Shown here: positions 8,759 through 19,327 of the stretch, piece after piece
Numbering within the stretch: position 1 is the stretch's first letter
Layout of the letters: each line of letters begins with the position of its first letter
NCBI GenBank assembly: GCA_022615575.1
Contig: JAKEGM010000071.1
Location: forward strand, 12,164 to 76,163
DNA: 64,000 bases
Reading direction: 5' to 3'
Source: Planctomycetales bacterium
GTDB taxonomy: Bacteria; Planctomycetota; Phycisphaerae; Sedimentisphaerales; Anaerohalosphaeraceae
Translations under genes and position numbers: made by a program
Notes under the pieces: generated by a model
Database searches by the model: none
What the model saw: the letters and a program-made list of their open reading frames with translations, nothing else
Told to the model about the DNA's origin: nothing

Positions 8759-9798
8759 ATGAAACACATCACAAAATCGACAGTTGCCTTCACTTTTTGC
8801 GCAGGGATTTTGGTTTGGGCTGCCGGCTGTGACGCCCCAGAGACAAAGCAGACCCAGACCGCCATCGTTGCCGCCACGACCGCCCGGCAAATGAAACAAC
8901 TGAAGACCTTCGGCACGATGGGCAAGGAACTCTGTATTCTGACACCGACAAAGAAACCGAGCTGTTTCGCTATGACGGCAGCGGCTGTCTGACCCACATG
9001 TGGTTCGGTGGCGACTGGCCCGGCTACGAGCGCACCCGCATCCGTGTCTATGTGGACAGCGAAGCCCGGGCCGGCATTGATATGGAACTCGGCATGGGGC
9101 ACGGCGTCGGCTTCGGCGATGGCGGGGCGCCCTGGGGCAGCAAGCGCCTGGGCAAGACCGGCCACCCCAGCGGTTTGTATAACACCTACCGCATTCCCTT
9201 TGGCAAAAGCGTCCGTGTCACCGGACAGATGAGCGACGTGGTGAAAGGTCAGCCGCCTTTCTGGTGGATTATCCGCGGCACGGAAAATCTACCGGTAACC
9301 ATCGGCGGCGTGCAGCTGTCCCCCAACGCCTGGCTCAAATTGCACAAACTGGAAAACTACACCGTTCAACCGCTTGAGGAATTTGCCCTGTGCGATGTCA
9401 AAGGCGACGGCGCGCTTTATCAGGTGACCATCGCCGCCAAGGGCCGGCGCACGGGTACGGAGGAAAAATGGAAAGACATCAGCTATCTGGAGGCCTGTAT
9501 GAGGGCCTATATCGGCGGTTCCGACCAGCCGCTGATGCTGTCGTCCGGCCTGGAGGATTATTTTCTGGGCACCTATTACTTCAACCGCGGACGCTACGCC
9601 AACGAGCTTGCCGGCTTGACACATCTGGACACCGGGGCCAATACCTTTTCCGCCTACCGGTTTCACGATGAAGACCCGATTTTTTTCCAAAACGGCCTCC
9701 GCCTCACCTGTCGCTGCGGCGAGAAGGTTGGCGACCGGGTCATCGGCAATCCGCCCCCAACCGACTACACGACCTATGTTTGGATTTACTCCTGGTAA
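8759..9798 (+). pseudogene. DUF2961 (GH172-like) lipoprotein split by a -1 frameshift near 8945-8950
   Basis: Lipobox VWAAGC in ORF 8759. Reading continues in the -1 frame as DKETELFRYDGSGCLTHMWF...RVYVD...SGLEDYF...YRFHDEDPIFF. Confidence 0.75.
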
Positions 9799-9980
9799 CC
9801 GGCTCCTTCCCTTGCCGGTTTTGCCCCAAAAAAGCGAAAAAAACGAGAAATTTACAGACAAACCAGGGGTTATCTGGTACACTGAATGCCCCTGCGCCGC
9901 AGTTGGAATGTCGGGACGTGGGTTATCGATAAACGGCTATCAAGACCAAAACAAGCAGGATTTCAGGGAAGGGATGAACA

Positions 9981-10694
9981 ATGACAAAGCCGACAATTTC
10001 AGCGTATTTACGGGAACATCTGGACGGGATCGTTGCGAAGAAAGAGCCGGGGCCGTATATCACGATTTCGCGTCAATGGGGCTGTGACGGCATCGGCCTG
10101 GGGCAGGTGCTCGTCGAAAAGCTTAACCAGCGGGACCCGCAGCAGCAGTGGAAACTCTACCACAAGGAGCTTCTTTCGCAGCTGGCCAAAGACACGGGCC
10201 TGACCGAAGAGATTCTTGAAAGAGAGCGCACATCGAAACCCAACCTGATAAAGGACTTCCTTCGCGGCTTAACAAAAAACGGCATTCCGGACGGCTTCGA
10301 GGTGCGAAACAAAATCACGATAATGGTCCGCACCATCGCCTTTGAAGGACATGCGGTGATTATCGGGCAGGGCGGGGCGGCCGCAACCGGCGACCTTGCC
10401 AATGGATTGAGCATTCGAGTGGAAGCCCCCCGGGAGTGGCGGATTGCCCGGATATGCCTTCGGGAAAATCTGGACAAACAGGCCGCCGCAACCAAAATCG
10501 GCGAAATCGAAAAAGAACGGGAATACCTGCGGAAATTGTATGAACGGCAGAATCCGAGAGAGCCGGTCTTCAATGTCGTTTTTGATAACGCGATGTTCAC
10601 AAACGAACAGATTGCCGGCCTCGTAATTCTTGCAATGGAAGATAAGAAGTTGATTGAGAAGCCCGAATCGGCGGACCGCCAGAACATAAGATAG
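9981..10694 (+). CDS. Cytidylate kinase-like family protein
   Basis: ITISRQWGCDG P-loop-like start, VIIGQGG, IRVEAP. Confidence 0.8.
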   Translation: MTKPTISAYLREHLDGIVAKKEPGPYITISRQWGCDGIGLGQVLVEKLNQRDPQQQWKLYHKELLSQLAKDTGLTEEILERERTSKPNLIKDFLRGLTKNGIPDGFEVRNKITIMVRTIAFEGHAVIIGQGGAAATGDLANGLSIRVEAPREWRIARICLRENLDKQAAATKIGEIEKEREYLRKLYERQNPREPVFNVVFDNAMFTNEQIAGLVILAMEDKKLIEKPESADRQNIR

Positions 10695-10838
10695 CGTTTT
10701 TTTAACAATCGAAGGAAATATTTATCTGGAAAAAACTGTTCTTTTTTGGTATATGCGATTTCGGAAACAAAAACTCCAGTTTGCCTGAATAGAGCGGCGT
10801 AACAAGGATTTCAAGGTACCTAAGCGGCGAATTTTACG

Positions 10839-11150
10839 ATGGAATTGATTAAACAAATCAAAGACGCGGAAAAACAGGCCAAAGATATCGTGGATAAAGC
10901 ACGGCAGGACGCCGCTTTGCTTGTTGAAGAGAGCAAAAAACAGCGCACCAACATCCTCCGCGAGGCGCAGCGTCGCCGATTGGAGGCCATTGAAAAAGCC
11001 GTTGCGGATGCCCAGGCCGCAGGGAAAACACAGGTTGAAGAACTCAACAGGCAGGGCGGTCAGGATATTTTGGCCCTGAAAGCGGCTTGCTCATCGAAAA
11101 TTCAGCCATGCATCGATACAATTGTGTCGCGTTTGCAGCAAACGTCGTAA
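10839..11150 (+). CDS. V/A-type ATPase peripheral stalk subunit G/H
   Basis: IKQIKDAEKQAKDIV..A coiled coil; first gene of the operon. Confidence 0.8.
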   Translation: MELIKQIKDAEKQAKDIVDKARQDAALLVEESKKQRTNILREAQRRRLEAIEKAVADAQAAGKTQVEELNRQGGQDILALKAACSSKIQPCIDTIVSRLQQTS

Positions 11151-11263
11151 AATTCGGGTATTTGCCGAAAGCACAGGAGTTTCCCGAAGGAAGAATCCCA
11201 GGCGCTGGGGTTGTGTCCGCATGCGGGATGAAGAAGGTTAACCGTAACATATTAGGGGTATAA

Positions 11264-13237
11264 ATGGCTATTGCCTCCATGCAAAAGGCGATGATTGTGG
11301 CGCATCGCAGCCAGGCGGTCGAGTTGCTGGCTCGGCTGCAGGATGCCGGCATTGTGCAGGTATTGGATGCCGAACGGGCCATGGTCTCCAAGGAATGGCC
11401 CGAATTAGTCGTCGAGGCAAAGCGTCCGCGCGACCTGGAAGACACCATTGACCGGCTGGGCAGGGCCATTGATTTTCTAAAGCCCTATGCGGGCAGGGAA
11501 CAGACCTCTCTGTTTGCCCCGCGCATCGAGGTGGGCGCAGCGGACTACGGCCAAATCACTTCCCAGCGGGATTCCCTGACGGTTATGGAGCAGGCCGAAC
11601 AGGTCCGCAGCGGGCTGGAAAAACTTGCATCGGAAGCACAGGGTCTGCAGTCGCAGATTGATAAGCTTTTGCCGTGGAAGGACTTATCGACTCCGGTTGA
11701 AGGTCTGGGCGGATTTTCGACCTCGACCGTTTTTGTCGGCTTGATTCCCGAACAGCATGTTGGAGACGCCATGGCAAAGCTGGCCGAATTCGGAGCCGCG
11801 GCCCAACAGGCGGGCTTGGCCAATCGGATGGCGGCTTGTGTCGTGGTTTGCCTCAATGAATCGGCCCCGGATACCCACAAACTTCTGCGTTCGTTCGATT
11901 TTGAAACGGCCTCTTTTGAAGGGCTGAGCGGCACCGTCAAGTCCAATATCGCGAGGATTCATACCCGTTTGCGGGCCATCAAAAACGAGCAGGCGAATCT
12001 GGAAAAACAGGCCACTCATCTGGCCAAAGACCGGCTCAAACTGCAAGTCCTGTTTGACCATTCGCAGAACCTGCACGGCCGAATCGCTGCGCAGTCATCG
12101 GCTCCCGCCACCGACCACGCGATTTTTCTGGAGGGGTGGGTCAAAAAGAAGGATTACCCGGCACTGGAAAAGCTGGTTGCGAAATTTAACGCCTGTGATG
12201 TTGCCCCGATTGAACCGGGGATGGACGAAGAACCGCCGGTCGAGATTGATAACCCGACGTATGTGCGGCCGTTCGAAACAGTAACCCGGCTTTATGGAAT
12301 GCCGATACCCTCATCGATTGATCCGACGGTTTTTCTGGCGCCGTTTTTCGCCATTTTCTTCGGATTGTGTATGGCGGACGTGGGATACGGGCTGATTCTC
12401 GTAGCGATTTTGGCCTGGGTGTTGAAAAAAGCGAAGGGCGACAAGCGGATATTCTGGATGCTGCTGGTTTGCGGGATTATGACCGTTTTAGCTGGAGCGA
12501 TTACCGGAAGCTGGTTTAGCAACTCAGTTACCGCGCTGCTGCCGGAAGGGTCCGGTTTGCGGATGGGGCTGGACTGGATACGCGTCAAAATGATGCTTTT
12601 TGACCCGATGACCGAACCGATGACGTTTTTCCTTCTGTCGCTGGGGCTGGGGTATTTCCAGATTCAATGCGGACTGCTGATAGCGTTTTTCGCCAATCTG
12701 GCCAAAAAGGATTTGGCCGCGGCGTTGTGCGACCAATTGACTTGGATTGTCCATTTGAACTGCCTTCTGTGTATGGGGCTTGCTGTCGGCGGTGTTTTGC
12801 CTGCTGGACTGGCCAAGCCCTGCGGAATTGTCGCCGGCATCACCTCGCTGACGATCCTGCTGTTCACCGCGCGCAGCGGCAGCTGGGGCGGACGGCTGGG
12901 GCTGGGGTTCTATCAGCTGTTCAGCACCGTCTTTTATATGGGCGATGTGCTGAGCTATTCGCGTCTGATGGCGCTGGGGATGGTCGGTTCCGGGTTTGGC
13001 ATGGCCATCAATGAGCTGGCCAAGCTATTCGCGGAAGCGCCATATGTCGGCTGGCTGCTGGGGGCCGTGGTGTTCGTCGGAGGACATTTGTTTAATGTGG
13101 CGCTGTCGGTATTGGGTGCTTTTGTGCATACGATGCGGCTTCAGTTTGTGGAATTTTTCCCGAAGTTCTTTACCGGCGGCGGGCAGGATTTCCGGCCGCT
13201 GCGGAATAATTACCGCTACATTGATTTGAAACAATAA
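11264..13237 (+). CDS. ntpI: V/A-type ATPase subunit I (a)
   Basis: PFETVTRLYGMP, FFGLCMADVGYG, GDVLSYSRLMAL, HTMRLQFVEFF. Confidence 0.96.
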   Translation: MAIASMQKAMIVAHRSQAVELLARLQDAGIVQVLDAERAMVSKEWPELVVEAKRPRDLEDTIDRLGRAIDFLKPYAGREQTSLFAPRIEVGAADYGQITSQRDSLTVMEQAEQVRSGLEKLASEAQGLQSQIDKLLPWKDLSTPVEGLGGFSTSTVFVGLIPEQHVGDAMAKLAEFGAAAQQAGLANRMAACVVVCLNESAPDTHKLLRSFDFETASFEGLSGTVKSNIARIHTRLRAIKNEQANLEKQATHLAKDRLKLQVLFDHSQNLHGRIAAQSSAPATDHAIFLEGWVKKKDYPALEKLVAKFNACDVAPIEPGMDEEPPVEIDNPTYVRPFETVTRLYGMPIPSSIDPTVFLAPFFAIFFGLCMADVGYGLILVAILAWVLKKAKGDKRIFWMLLVCGIMTVLAGAITGSWFSNSVTALLPEGSGLRMGLDWIRVKMMLFDPMTEPMTFFLLSLGLGYFQIQCGLLIAFFANLAKKDLAAALCDQLTWIVHLNCLLCMGLAVGGVLPAGLAKPCGIVAGITSLTILLFTARSGSWGGRLGLGFYQLFSTVFYMGDVLSYSRLMALGMVGSGFGMAINELAKLFAEAPYVGWLLGAVVFVGGHLFNVALSVLGAFVHTMRLQFVEFFPKFFTGGGQDFRPLRNNYRYIDLKQ

Positions 13238-13311
13238 CCCCGGCGCGGAGGGGTTGGAACAAAGAATAACGAAGACAGAGTGTTGACGATAGAAATGAAA
13301 GGATTGGGATT

Positions 13312-13800
13312 ATGTTGGAACAGACGGGTTTGATATTTTCGTTGGTAGGTGCCGGGCTGGCGGTTTTTCTGGCGGGCATCGGCTCGGCGATTGGTCTGGG
13401 GATTGCCAGTAAAAGCGCAACGGCGGTCCTGAGCGAAAAACCGGAGCGCTACGGCATCCTGATGCTGATGGTGGTGCTTCCCAGCACGCAGGGCATCTAC
13501 GGGTTCGTCGTGGGCCTGTTTGTAATGATCAAGCTGAACATTTTCGGCGGAAGCGTAGCGGCGGTTACCTGGTATCAGGGCCTGCAAATCCTGGCGGCGT
13601 GCCTGCCGGTGGCGATTGCCGGCTGGATCAGCGCCATTCATCAGGGCAAGACCGGTGCGGCCGGCATCATGATGGCCGCCAAGCGGCCCGAGCTGGCTTT
13701 CAAGGCCGGCGTGGTTTTCGCGGCGATGATTGAACTGTATGCGATTCTGGGCTTTTTGATTTCGCTGCTGGTGCTGATGCTGGGTATCAAGGTCAGCTAA
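13312..13800 (+). CDS. ntpK: V/A-type ATPase subunit K (4-TM proteolipid)
   Basis: GIGSAIG, LPSTQGIYG, AIHQG, AMIELYAILG. Confidence 0.95.
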   Translation: MLEQTGLIFSLVGAGLAVFLAGIGSAIGLGIASKSATAVLSEKPERYGILMLMVVLPSTQGIYGFVVGLFVMIKLNIFGGSVAAVTWYQGLQILAACLPVAIAGWISAIHQGKTGAAGIMMAAKRPELAFKAGVVFAAMIELYAILGFLISLLVLMLGIKVS

Positions 13801-13842
13801 ATTAACCATTACGAATTAAAAATTAAAGAATCAAGAATTATG
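13800..13842. repeat. Degenerate 7-nt-period array at the K-E junction
   Basis: AATTAAC CATTACG AATTAAA AATTAAA(G) AATCAAG AATTATG. Confidence 0.5.
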
Positions 13843-14424
13843 AATGCCGAACAGGTCGTAGAAAAGATACTTTCGCAGGCCAAAGCCGAGGCCGAGGCGA
13901 TTCTGCGCGAAGCCCGGCACACAGCCGCCTCGCAGAAAGCCCGGCTCGAAAGCGAGCTGGCGGAGTTTGATAAAAAAACGGATGACTTGGCCAGGGCGGC
14001 CGCCGCCGATAAATTACAGCGGATGCTGGCGGCGGCGCGGATGGACAACGCTCGGCGCCTGCTGGCCTGCCGGGTGGCGATTCTCGACGAGGTCTTCGAC
14101 AGGGCGAAAAAAGCGGTCAATGGGCTGTCGGATGAGGCCTACCAGGCGCTGATGGCGTCGATGATGAAAAAAGCCGTCGAAACCGGTGATGAGGAAGTCA
14201 TCATCGGAAAAGGCGAAAAACGCATCAATGACGCGCTTCTAAAAAGAATCAACAGCGACTCCGGCGGCGCAAAAGGCAATCTGCGTCTCAGCGATAAGCA
14301 GGCGGATATCACCGGGGGATTTATCCTGTCCTGCGGTCGGGTGCAAAAGAACGCTTCGACGGATGTTATGATTGACCGTCTTCGCGAGTCAATGCAGATT
14401 GAACTGGCCAACGAATTATTTTAA
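13840..14424 (+). CDS. ntpE: V/A-type ATPase subunit E
   Basis: N-terminal coiled coil, ITGGFIL, ends ELF; operon position. Confidence 0.9.
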   Translation: MNAEQVVEKILSQAKAEAEAILREARHTAASQKARLESELAEFDKKTDDLARAAAADKLQRMLAAARMDNARRLLACRVAILDEVFDRAKKAVNGLSDEAYQALMASMMKKAVETGDEEVIIGKGEKRINDALLKRINSDSGGAKGNLRLSDKQADITGGFILSCGRVQKNASTDVMIDRLRESMQIELANELF

Positions 14425-14428
14425 TGGA

Positions 14429-14501
14429 ACCACGGATTTCACAGATTAACGCGGCTTTTTCTCTTTTATTTTAATCCGCGAAAATCCGCGTAATCCGTGG
14501 T
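14429..14501. repeat. Palindrome of 9-10-nt periodic units (E-C junction)
   Basis: ACCACGGATTTCACAGATTAACGCGGC versus AATCCGCGAAAATCCGCGTAATCCGTGGT. Confidence 0.75.
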
Positions 14502-14519
14502 GAATCATAAGGAACAAAA

Positions 14520-15563
14520 TTGATAACTGAATCGCAAAGCGAGGTTGGCTTTTACCGGTATCCGCCGATTGGCGAGGATGACTGGCGCTACGGCTATGAA
14601 ACGGCCAAGGTGTGGGCGATGGAACTGGCGATGATTCCGCGCAGCACGTTTGTAGATATGGCCAACGCGGCCTCGTTCGCCGAAGCCGTTGAACTGCTGG
14701 CGGGCACCGAATACGCCCTTGAGGGCAGGGCCGATGCGGCTCAGATCGAACAGCTGCTCCGGCAGCGGCGGACGGAAGTCCGGCAGCTGTTTGTGGAGCT
14801 GATGCTGGATAAGGAAGTCGTCAACTTTATGCGGGCGCGGGAAGATTTTTCGAACATGCGTCTGGCGATTCGGCGCATGGTGACCGGCAAGCCGCTGGGG
14901 CTGGATTACAGCAATGAAGGCAATGTGCCCGCCGAGGAGTTCGAGGAGATTTTCGAGCAGGAAAACTACGAGCGGTTTCCCGTTTATCTGCAGGGAGCGG
15001 TCGAAGCGGCGGTGTTGGGGTACTATGAGCATAAGGACGTCCGGCGGATTGACTACGAAATCGACCGGATGGAGGGCGCCTGGCGGCTGAGCGAGGCGGC
15101 GCGGCTGAATTCGCCGTTTATGCTGTCCCTGGTTCGGCTCCGCATCGATCTGGCCAATATCCGCACGATGCTGCGTCTGAAGATGGCCGGACGGGAGGAA
15201 GAAACCCGTTTCTTCCTGCCCGGCGGTTTTGCGGATGTCGATAAATTTGTTCAGGGCCTGGAAACCGGATACGAAGCCGTCGGCCAGATGTTCTATGCGA
15301 CGCCGTATTATGAACTGCTCGAGGCGTCGATTCCCTATCTTCGCAGCGAACAGTCCTTTCTGAAGCTGGAAAAGGAATGCGAAGATTTTGTAAAGGGATT
15401 TTTGAAGACAACGCGGACGATTGCCGCCGGCCCGCAGCCGGTGGTTGCGTACTTTCTGATGAGGGAAGCCGAGATTCGCGCGGTCCGAATGGTTTTGACG
15501 GCCAAGAAAAACAATCTTTCGACGAAGCTGATTCTGGATCGGCTCGGCGAATGGATGCCGTAA
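14520..15563 (+). CDS. ntpC: V/A-type ATPase subunit C
   Basis: RIDLANIRTMLR, GPQPVVAYFLMREAEIRAVR. Confidence 0.9.
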   Translation: MITESQSEVGFYRYPPIGEDDWRYGYETAKVWAMELAMIPRSTFVDMANAASFAEAVELLAGTEYALEGRADAAQIEQLLRQRRTEVRQLFVELMLDKEVVNFMRAREDFSNMRLAIRRMVTGKPLGLDYSNEGNVPAEEFEEIFEQENYERFPVYLQGAVEAAVLGYYEHKDVRRIDYEIDRMEGAWRLSEAARLNSPFMLSLVRLRIDLANIRTMLRLKMAGREEETRFFLPGGFADVDKFVQGLETGYEAVGQMFYATPYYELLEASIPYLRSEQSFLKLEKECEDFVKGFLKTTRTIAAGPQPVVAYFLMREAEIRAVRMVLTAKKNNLSTKLILDRLGEWMP

Positions 15564-15570
15564 TTATTTA

Positions 15571-15646
15571 GACACAGATTAACACTGATTAGCACAGATT
15601 TTCAGTTACTTTATTATAATCAGCGAAAAGCTGTGGGATCTGTGTC
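15571..15646. repeat. Palindrome of 10-nt periodic units (C-F junction)
   Basis: GACACAGATT AACACTGATT AGCACAGATT versus AATCAGCG..CTGTGGGATCTGTGTC. Confidence 0.7.
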
Positions 15647-15672
15647 AAAAAGTAAAATAAGAAAGGAAACAA

Positions 15673-15993
15673 GTGGAAGGCAAAGCGGCGGTTTTAGGCA
15701 GTGCGGATTTTGTGATGCCGTTTGCGGCGATGGGCCTGGATACGTTTCCGGCGGAAGCGGTTGCGGCCCAGGTCGAAGCCCAGGCCACCCTGATTCTAAA
15801 ACAGAAATACGCGCTGGTGGTTGTGGCCGAAAATATCGCCCGTTTGGCGCAGCCGGTTTTTGAGGCGACGCAGAAAACCGCAACGCCCTGCGTGGTCGTG
15901 GTTCCGTTTGCGACGGCCCCTGAGGGAATCGCCACCGAATCGCTGGGCCGGATGCTGAAAATGGCCACGGGAATCAATATTCTTAAAAACTAA
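15673..15993 (+). CDS. ntpF: V/A-type ATPase subunit F
   Basis: AAVLGSADFVMPFAAMG, ATGINIL; position before subunit A. Confidence 0.9.
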   Translation: MEGKAAVLGSADFVMPFAAMGLDTFPAEAVAAQVEAQATLILKQKYALVVVAENIARLAQPVFEATQKTATPCVVVVPFATAPEGIATESLGRMLKMATGINILKN

Positions 15994-16027
15994 ACAGGCA
16001 GAGTGTATCATTCACAAAGGTTTTACG

Positions 16028-17806
16028 ATGACGGATGTACAAAACGGCAGGATTATCAAGGTGGCGGGGCCGGTGGTGGTCGCCGAAAATATGATCGGCG
16101 CCCGCATGTATGATGTGGTTCGCGTGAGCCGAGAGAATCTCATCGGCGAGATCGTGGAACTGCGCGGCGACCGTGCCAGCATTCAGGTCTATGAAGACAC
16201 CATCGGCATCGGTCCGGGCGAGGCCGTGGTGAATACCGCAGCGCCGCTGAGCGTTGAACTGGGACCGGGGCTGATTTCCAGTATTTATGACGGCATTCAG
16301 CGTCCGCTGGATCAGCTTGTTGCCGCCCAGGGCAGCTTTATCCGGCGCGGCAGCGCCATCCCCGGCCTGAAGCGCGGCATCACGTGGCATTTTACGCCTG
16401 CGGTTGAAAACGGTCGGGAAGTCGTCGCCGGCGATATCATCGGCCAGGTGCAGGAATCCACGCTGGTCAATCACAAGATTATGGTTCCGCCGGGGCTTGC
16501 CGGCAGGATTGACGGCCTGAGGGAAGGCGACTATACCGTTGAGGATGCCGTCGCAACGGTGACGAATTCCGCCGGCGGCAAAACGCCGGTCAAACTGATG
16601 CAGAAATGGCCCGTCCGCCAGCCGCGCCCCAGCCGTCAGCGGCTCAATCCCAACCAGGTACTGGTCACCGGCCAGCGCGTGGTGGATGCGTTTTTTCCGA
16701 TTGCCCGCGGCGGCACCGCCTGCGTGCCGGGACCGTTCGGCACCGGCAAGACGGTGGTTCAGCACCAGTTGGCCAAATGGGTGGATGCCGATGTGATTGT
16801 GTATGTCGGCTGCGGCGAACGCGGCAATGAAATGACCGATGTATTGCGGGAGTTCCCGGAACTGACCGACCCGCACAGCGGCGAGCCGCTGATGAAGCGC
16901 GTCGTGCTCATCGCCAATACCTCCGATATGCCGGTAGCCGCCCGTGAAGCGTCGGTTTATACGGGCATTACCATTGCCGAATACTACCGCGACATGGGCT
17001 ATTCGGTCGCCCTGATGGCCGACAGCACCAGCCGATGGGCCGAGGCGATGCGTGAAATCTCGACGCGGCTGGAGGAAATGCCCGCCGAAGAGGGGTATCC
17101 GGCGTATTTGGGCGCTCGTATCGCATCCTTTTATGAACGGGCCGGCCGCGTGGTGTGCGCCGGTTCGCCCGAACGCCAGGGGGCGCTTTCGGTAATTGGC
17201 GCCGTCAGCCCGCCCGGCGGAGACCTGTCGGATACGGTCGTGCAGGCAACCCTGCATGTCGTCAAGGTGTTCTGGTCCCTGCAGGGGCGCCTGGCCCAGC
17301 AGCGGCACTTCCCGGCCATCGACTGGCTGACCAGCTACTCCTTTTACAAGCAGTACCTGCCCGATTCCTTCGAGGACAAGCAGATGGGCAAGGAATTTGC
17401 CGAGATGATGCAGCAGGCCATGACGCTCCTGGAACAGGAGTCCCAGCTGGTCGAGATCGTGCGTCTGGTCGGGGCCGAGTCCATCAGCGCCCAGGATCGG
17501 ATGACGCTGGAAACCGCCAAGAGCATTCGCGAGGACTTCCTGCACCAGAATGCGTTTCACAAGGTTGATACGTTTACGCCGATTGAAAAGCAGCATGAGA
17601 TGATCAGGCTGATTCTGCATTTCCACCAGGCCGGTCTGGCGGCGATAGAAAACGGCGTGGATACCGGCCAGCTGTTTAAGCTGCCGGTGCGTGAGGACAT
17701 CGCCCGCGCCAAATACCTTGAAAACGACAAAATTGAACAGGTTGCCGCGATCAGGAACATCGTGGATGAACAAGTCAGGGGGCTGTACGCCGCGGCAGCG
17801 GAATAA
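16028..17806 (+). CDS. ntpA: V/A-type ATPase catalytic subunit A
   Basis: GPFGTGKT Walker A, GCGERGNE, ANTSDMPVAARE, DSTSRWAEA. Confidence 0.98.
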   Translation: MTDVQNGRIIKVAGPVVVAENMIGARMYDVVRVSRENLIGEIVELRGDRASIQVYEDTIGIGPGEAVVNTAAPLSVELGPGLISSIYDGIQRPLDQLVAAQGSFIRRGSAIPGLKRGITWHFTPAVENGREVVAGDIIGQVQESTLVNHKIMVPPGLAGRIDGLREGDYTVEDAVATVTNSAGGKTPVKLMQKWPVRQPRPSRQRLNPNQVLVTGQRVVDAFFPIARGGTACVPGPFGTGKTVVQHQLAKWVDADVIVYVGCGERGNEMTDVLREFPELTDPHSGEPLMKRVVLIANTSDMPVAAREASVYTGITIAEYYRDMGYSVALMADSTSRWAEAMREISTRLEEMPAEEGYPAYLGARIASFYERAGRVVCAGSPERQGALSVIGAVSPPGGDLSDTVVQATLHVVKVFWSLQGRLAQQRHFPAIDWLTSYSFYKQYLPDSFEDKQMGKEFAEMMQQAMTLLEQESQLVEIVRLVGAESISAQDRMTLETAKSIREDFLHQNAFHKVDTFTPIEKQHEMIRLILHFHQAGLAAIENGVDTGQLFKLPVREDIARAKYLENDKIEQVAAIRNIVDEQVRGLYAAAAE

Positions 17807-17860
17807 GGCGGTCTTTGCCTTTTGACGGTTTGTATAAAATTGTATGAACGGGAGTTTGAA

Positions 17861-19243
17861 ATGCTGAAAGAATATAAAACGGTTTCCCAGATTTCGGGGC
17901 CGCTGATGATGGTCGAGGGGGTGGACAACGCCAAATACGGGCACATCGTGGATATTGAGCTGGCTGACGGCTCTCTGCGTCACGGCCAGATTCTCCAGGT
18001 CGAGGGCGACAAGGTGCTGGTGCAGGTCTTTGAAGGGACTGAGGGCATCAATATCAGCGGCACGACGGTTCGCTTTCTGGGCAAGCCGATGGAATTGGCT
18101 GTTTCGCCGGACATTCTCGGCCGCGTCTTCAGCGGGACCGGCGTCCCCAAAGACGGCGGGCCGCGCATCCTTCCCAAGATGAAGCTGGACATCAACGGCA
18201 GTCCCATCAATCCCTACGCCCGGGACTATCCGAACGAATTTATTCAGACAGGCATCAGCACCATCGACGGGCTTAACCCCCTCGTGCGCGGTCAGAAGCT
18301 GCCGATTTTCTCCGGTTCAGGTCTGCCGCACGACGAGATTACCGCCCAGTTGGCCCGCCAGGCCACAGTGCGCGGCAAAGGCGAAGCGTTTGCCGTGGTG
18401 TTTGCCGCGATGGGCATTACCTTTGAGGCGGCCCAGTTCTTCATCAACGACCTGACCAACACCGGTGCCATTGAGCGTTCGGTGCTGTTTATCAATCTGG
18501 CCAACGACCCGGCCATTGAGCGCATCGCCGCGCCGCGCGTGGCGCTGACCGCCGCCGGATACCTGGCGTTCGAGGAAGACATGCACGTGCTGGTTATCCT
18601 CAACGATATGACCAACTACTGCGAGGCGCTGCGTGAAATCTCCGCCGCCCGCAAGGAAGTGCCCGGCCGCCGCGGGTTTCCGGGATACCTCTACACCGAC
18701 CTGGCGACGATTTATGAACGGGCCGGCCGCATCAAAGGCAAGAAGGGATCGATTACGATGGTGCCGGTGCTGACCATGCCCGAAGACGACAAGACCCACC
18801 CGGTGCCCGACCTGACCGGCTATATCACCGAAGGCCAGATTATCATGAGCCGTTCGCTGCATCGCAAGGCGGTTTCGCCGCCGGTGGATGTGCTGCCGAG
18901 TCTGTCGCGTCTTAAAGACAAGGGCATCGGCCCTGACAAAACGCGAGAAGACCATGCGTCCCTCTACAACCAGTTGTATGCCGGTTACGCCCGCGGCAAA
19001 GAGGCCCAGGAACTGGCGACAATCCTGGGCGAAGCGGCCCTGTCGGCCGAGGACCAGAAGTACATGAAGTTTGCCAATGCGTTCGAAGCCCGCTATATCT
19101 CGCAGGGCTATTACGAAAACCGCGATGTGATGCAGACGCTCGACCTGGGCTGGGAGCTGTTGAGTATGTTCGACGATGTTGAATTGAAACGCATCGACAA
19201 GAAACTGATCGAAAAATATATGCCCCAATTCCGTAAAAAATAA
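17861..19243 (+). CDS. ntpB: V/A-type ATPase subunit B
   Basis: [45 protein letters not shown] before ATG 17861. Confidence 0.98.
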   Translation: MLKEYKTVSQISGPLMMVEGVDNAKYGHIVDIELADGSLRHGQILQVEGDKVLVQVFEGTEGINISGTTVRFLGKPMELAVSPDILGRVFSGTGVPKDGGPRILPKMKLDINGSPINPYARDYPNEFIQTGISTIDGLNPLVRGQKLPIFSGSGLPHDEITAQLARQATVRGKGEAFAVVFAAMGITFEAAQFFINDLTNTGAIERSVLFINLANDPAIERIAAPRVALTAAGYLAFEEDMHVLVILNDMTNYCEALREISAARKEVPGRRGFPGYLYTDLATIYERAGRIKGKKGSITMVPVLTMPEDDKTHPVPDLTGYITEGQIIMSRSLHRKAVSPPVDVLPSLSRLKDKGIGPDKTREDHASLYNQLYAGYARGKEAQELATILGEAALSAEDQKYMKFANAFEARYISQGYYENRDVMQTLDLGWELLSMFDDVELKRIDKKLIEKYMPQFRKK

Positions 19244-19246
19244 TTA

Positions 19247-19307
19247 ACCACGAAGCGCACGAAGAAAAAAAATAAAAAATCTTCGCGACCTTCGTGTTCT
19301 TCGTGGT
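19247..19307. repeat. Palindrome of 9-nt periodic units (B-D junction)
   Basis: ACCACGAAG CGCACGAAG versus CTTCGCGAC CTTCGTGTT CTTCGTGGT. Confidence 0.75.
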
Positions 19308-19327
19308 GAAAAAAGGAAATCGCAGGA

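Noticed and set aside
11151..11263. Hairpins between ATPase subunits G/H and I as a possible Na+ (DUF1646) riboswitch
   Set aside because: Only fragmentary resemblance (GGTATTTGCC, GAAAG); cannot be supported without a covariance-model search.
14429..19307. Periodic repeats as CRISPR arrays
   Set aside because: Units are 7-10 nt, have no unique spacers and are arranged as inverted arms; no cas genes.
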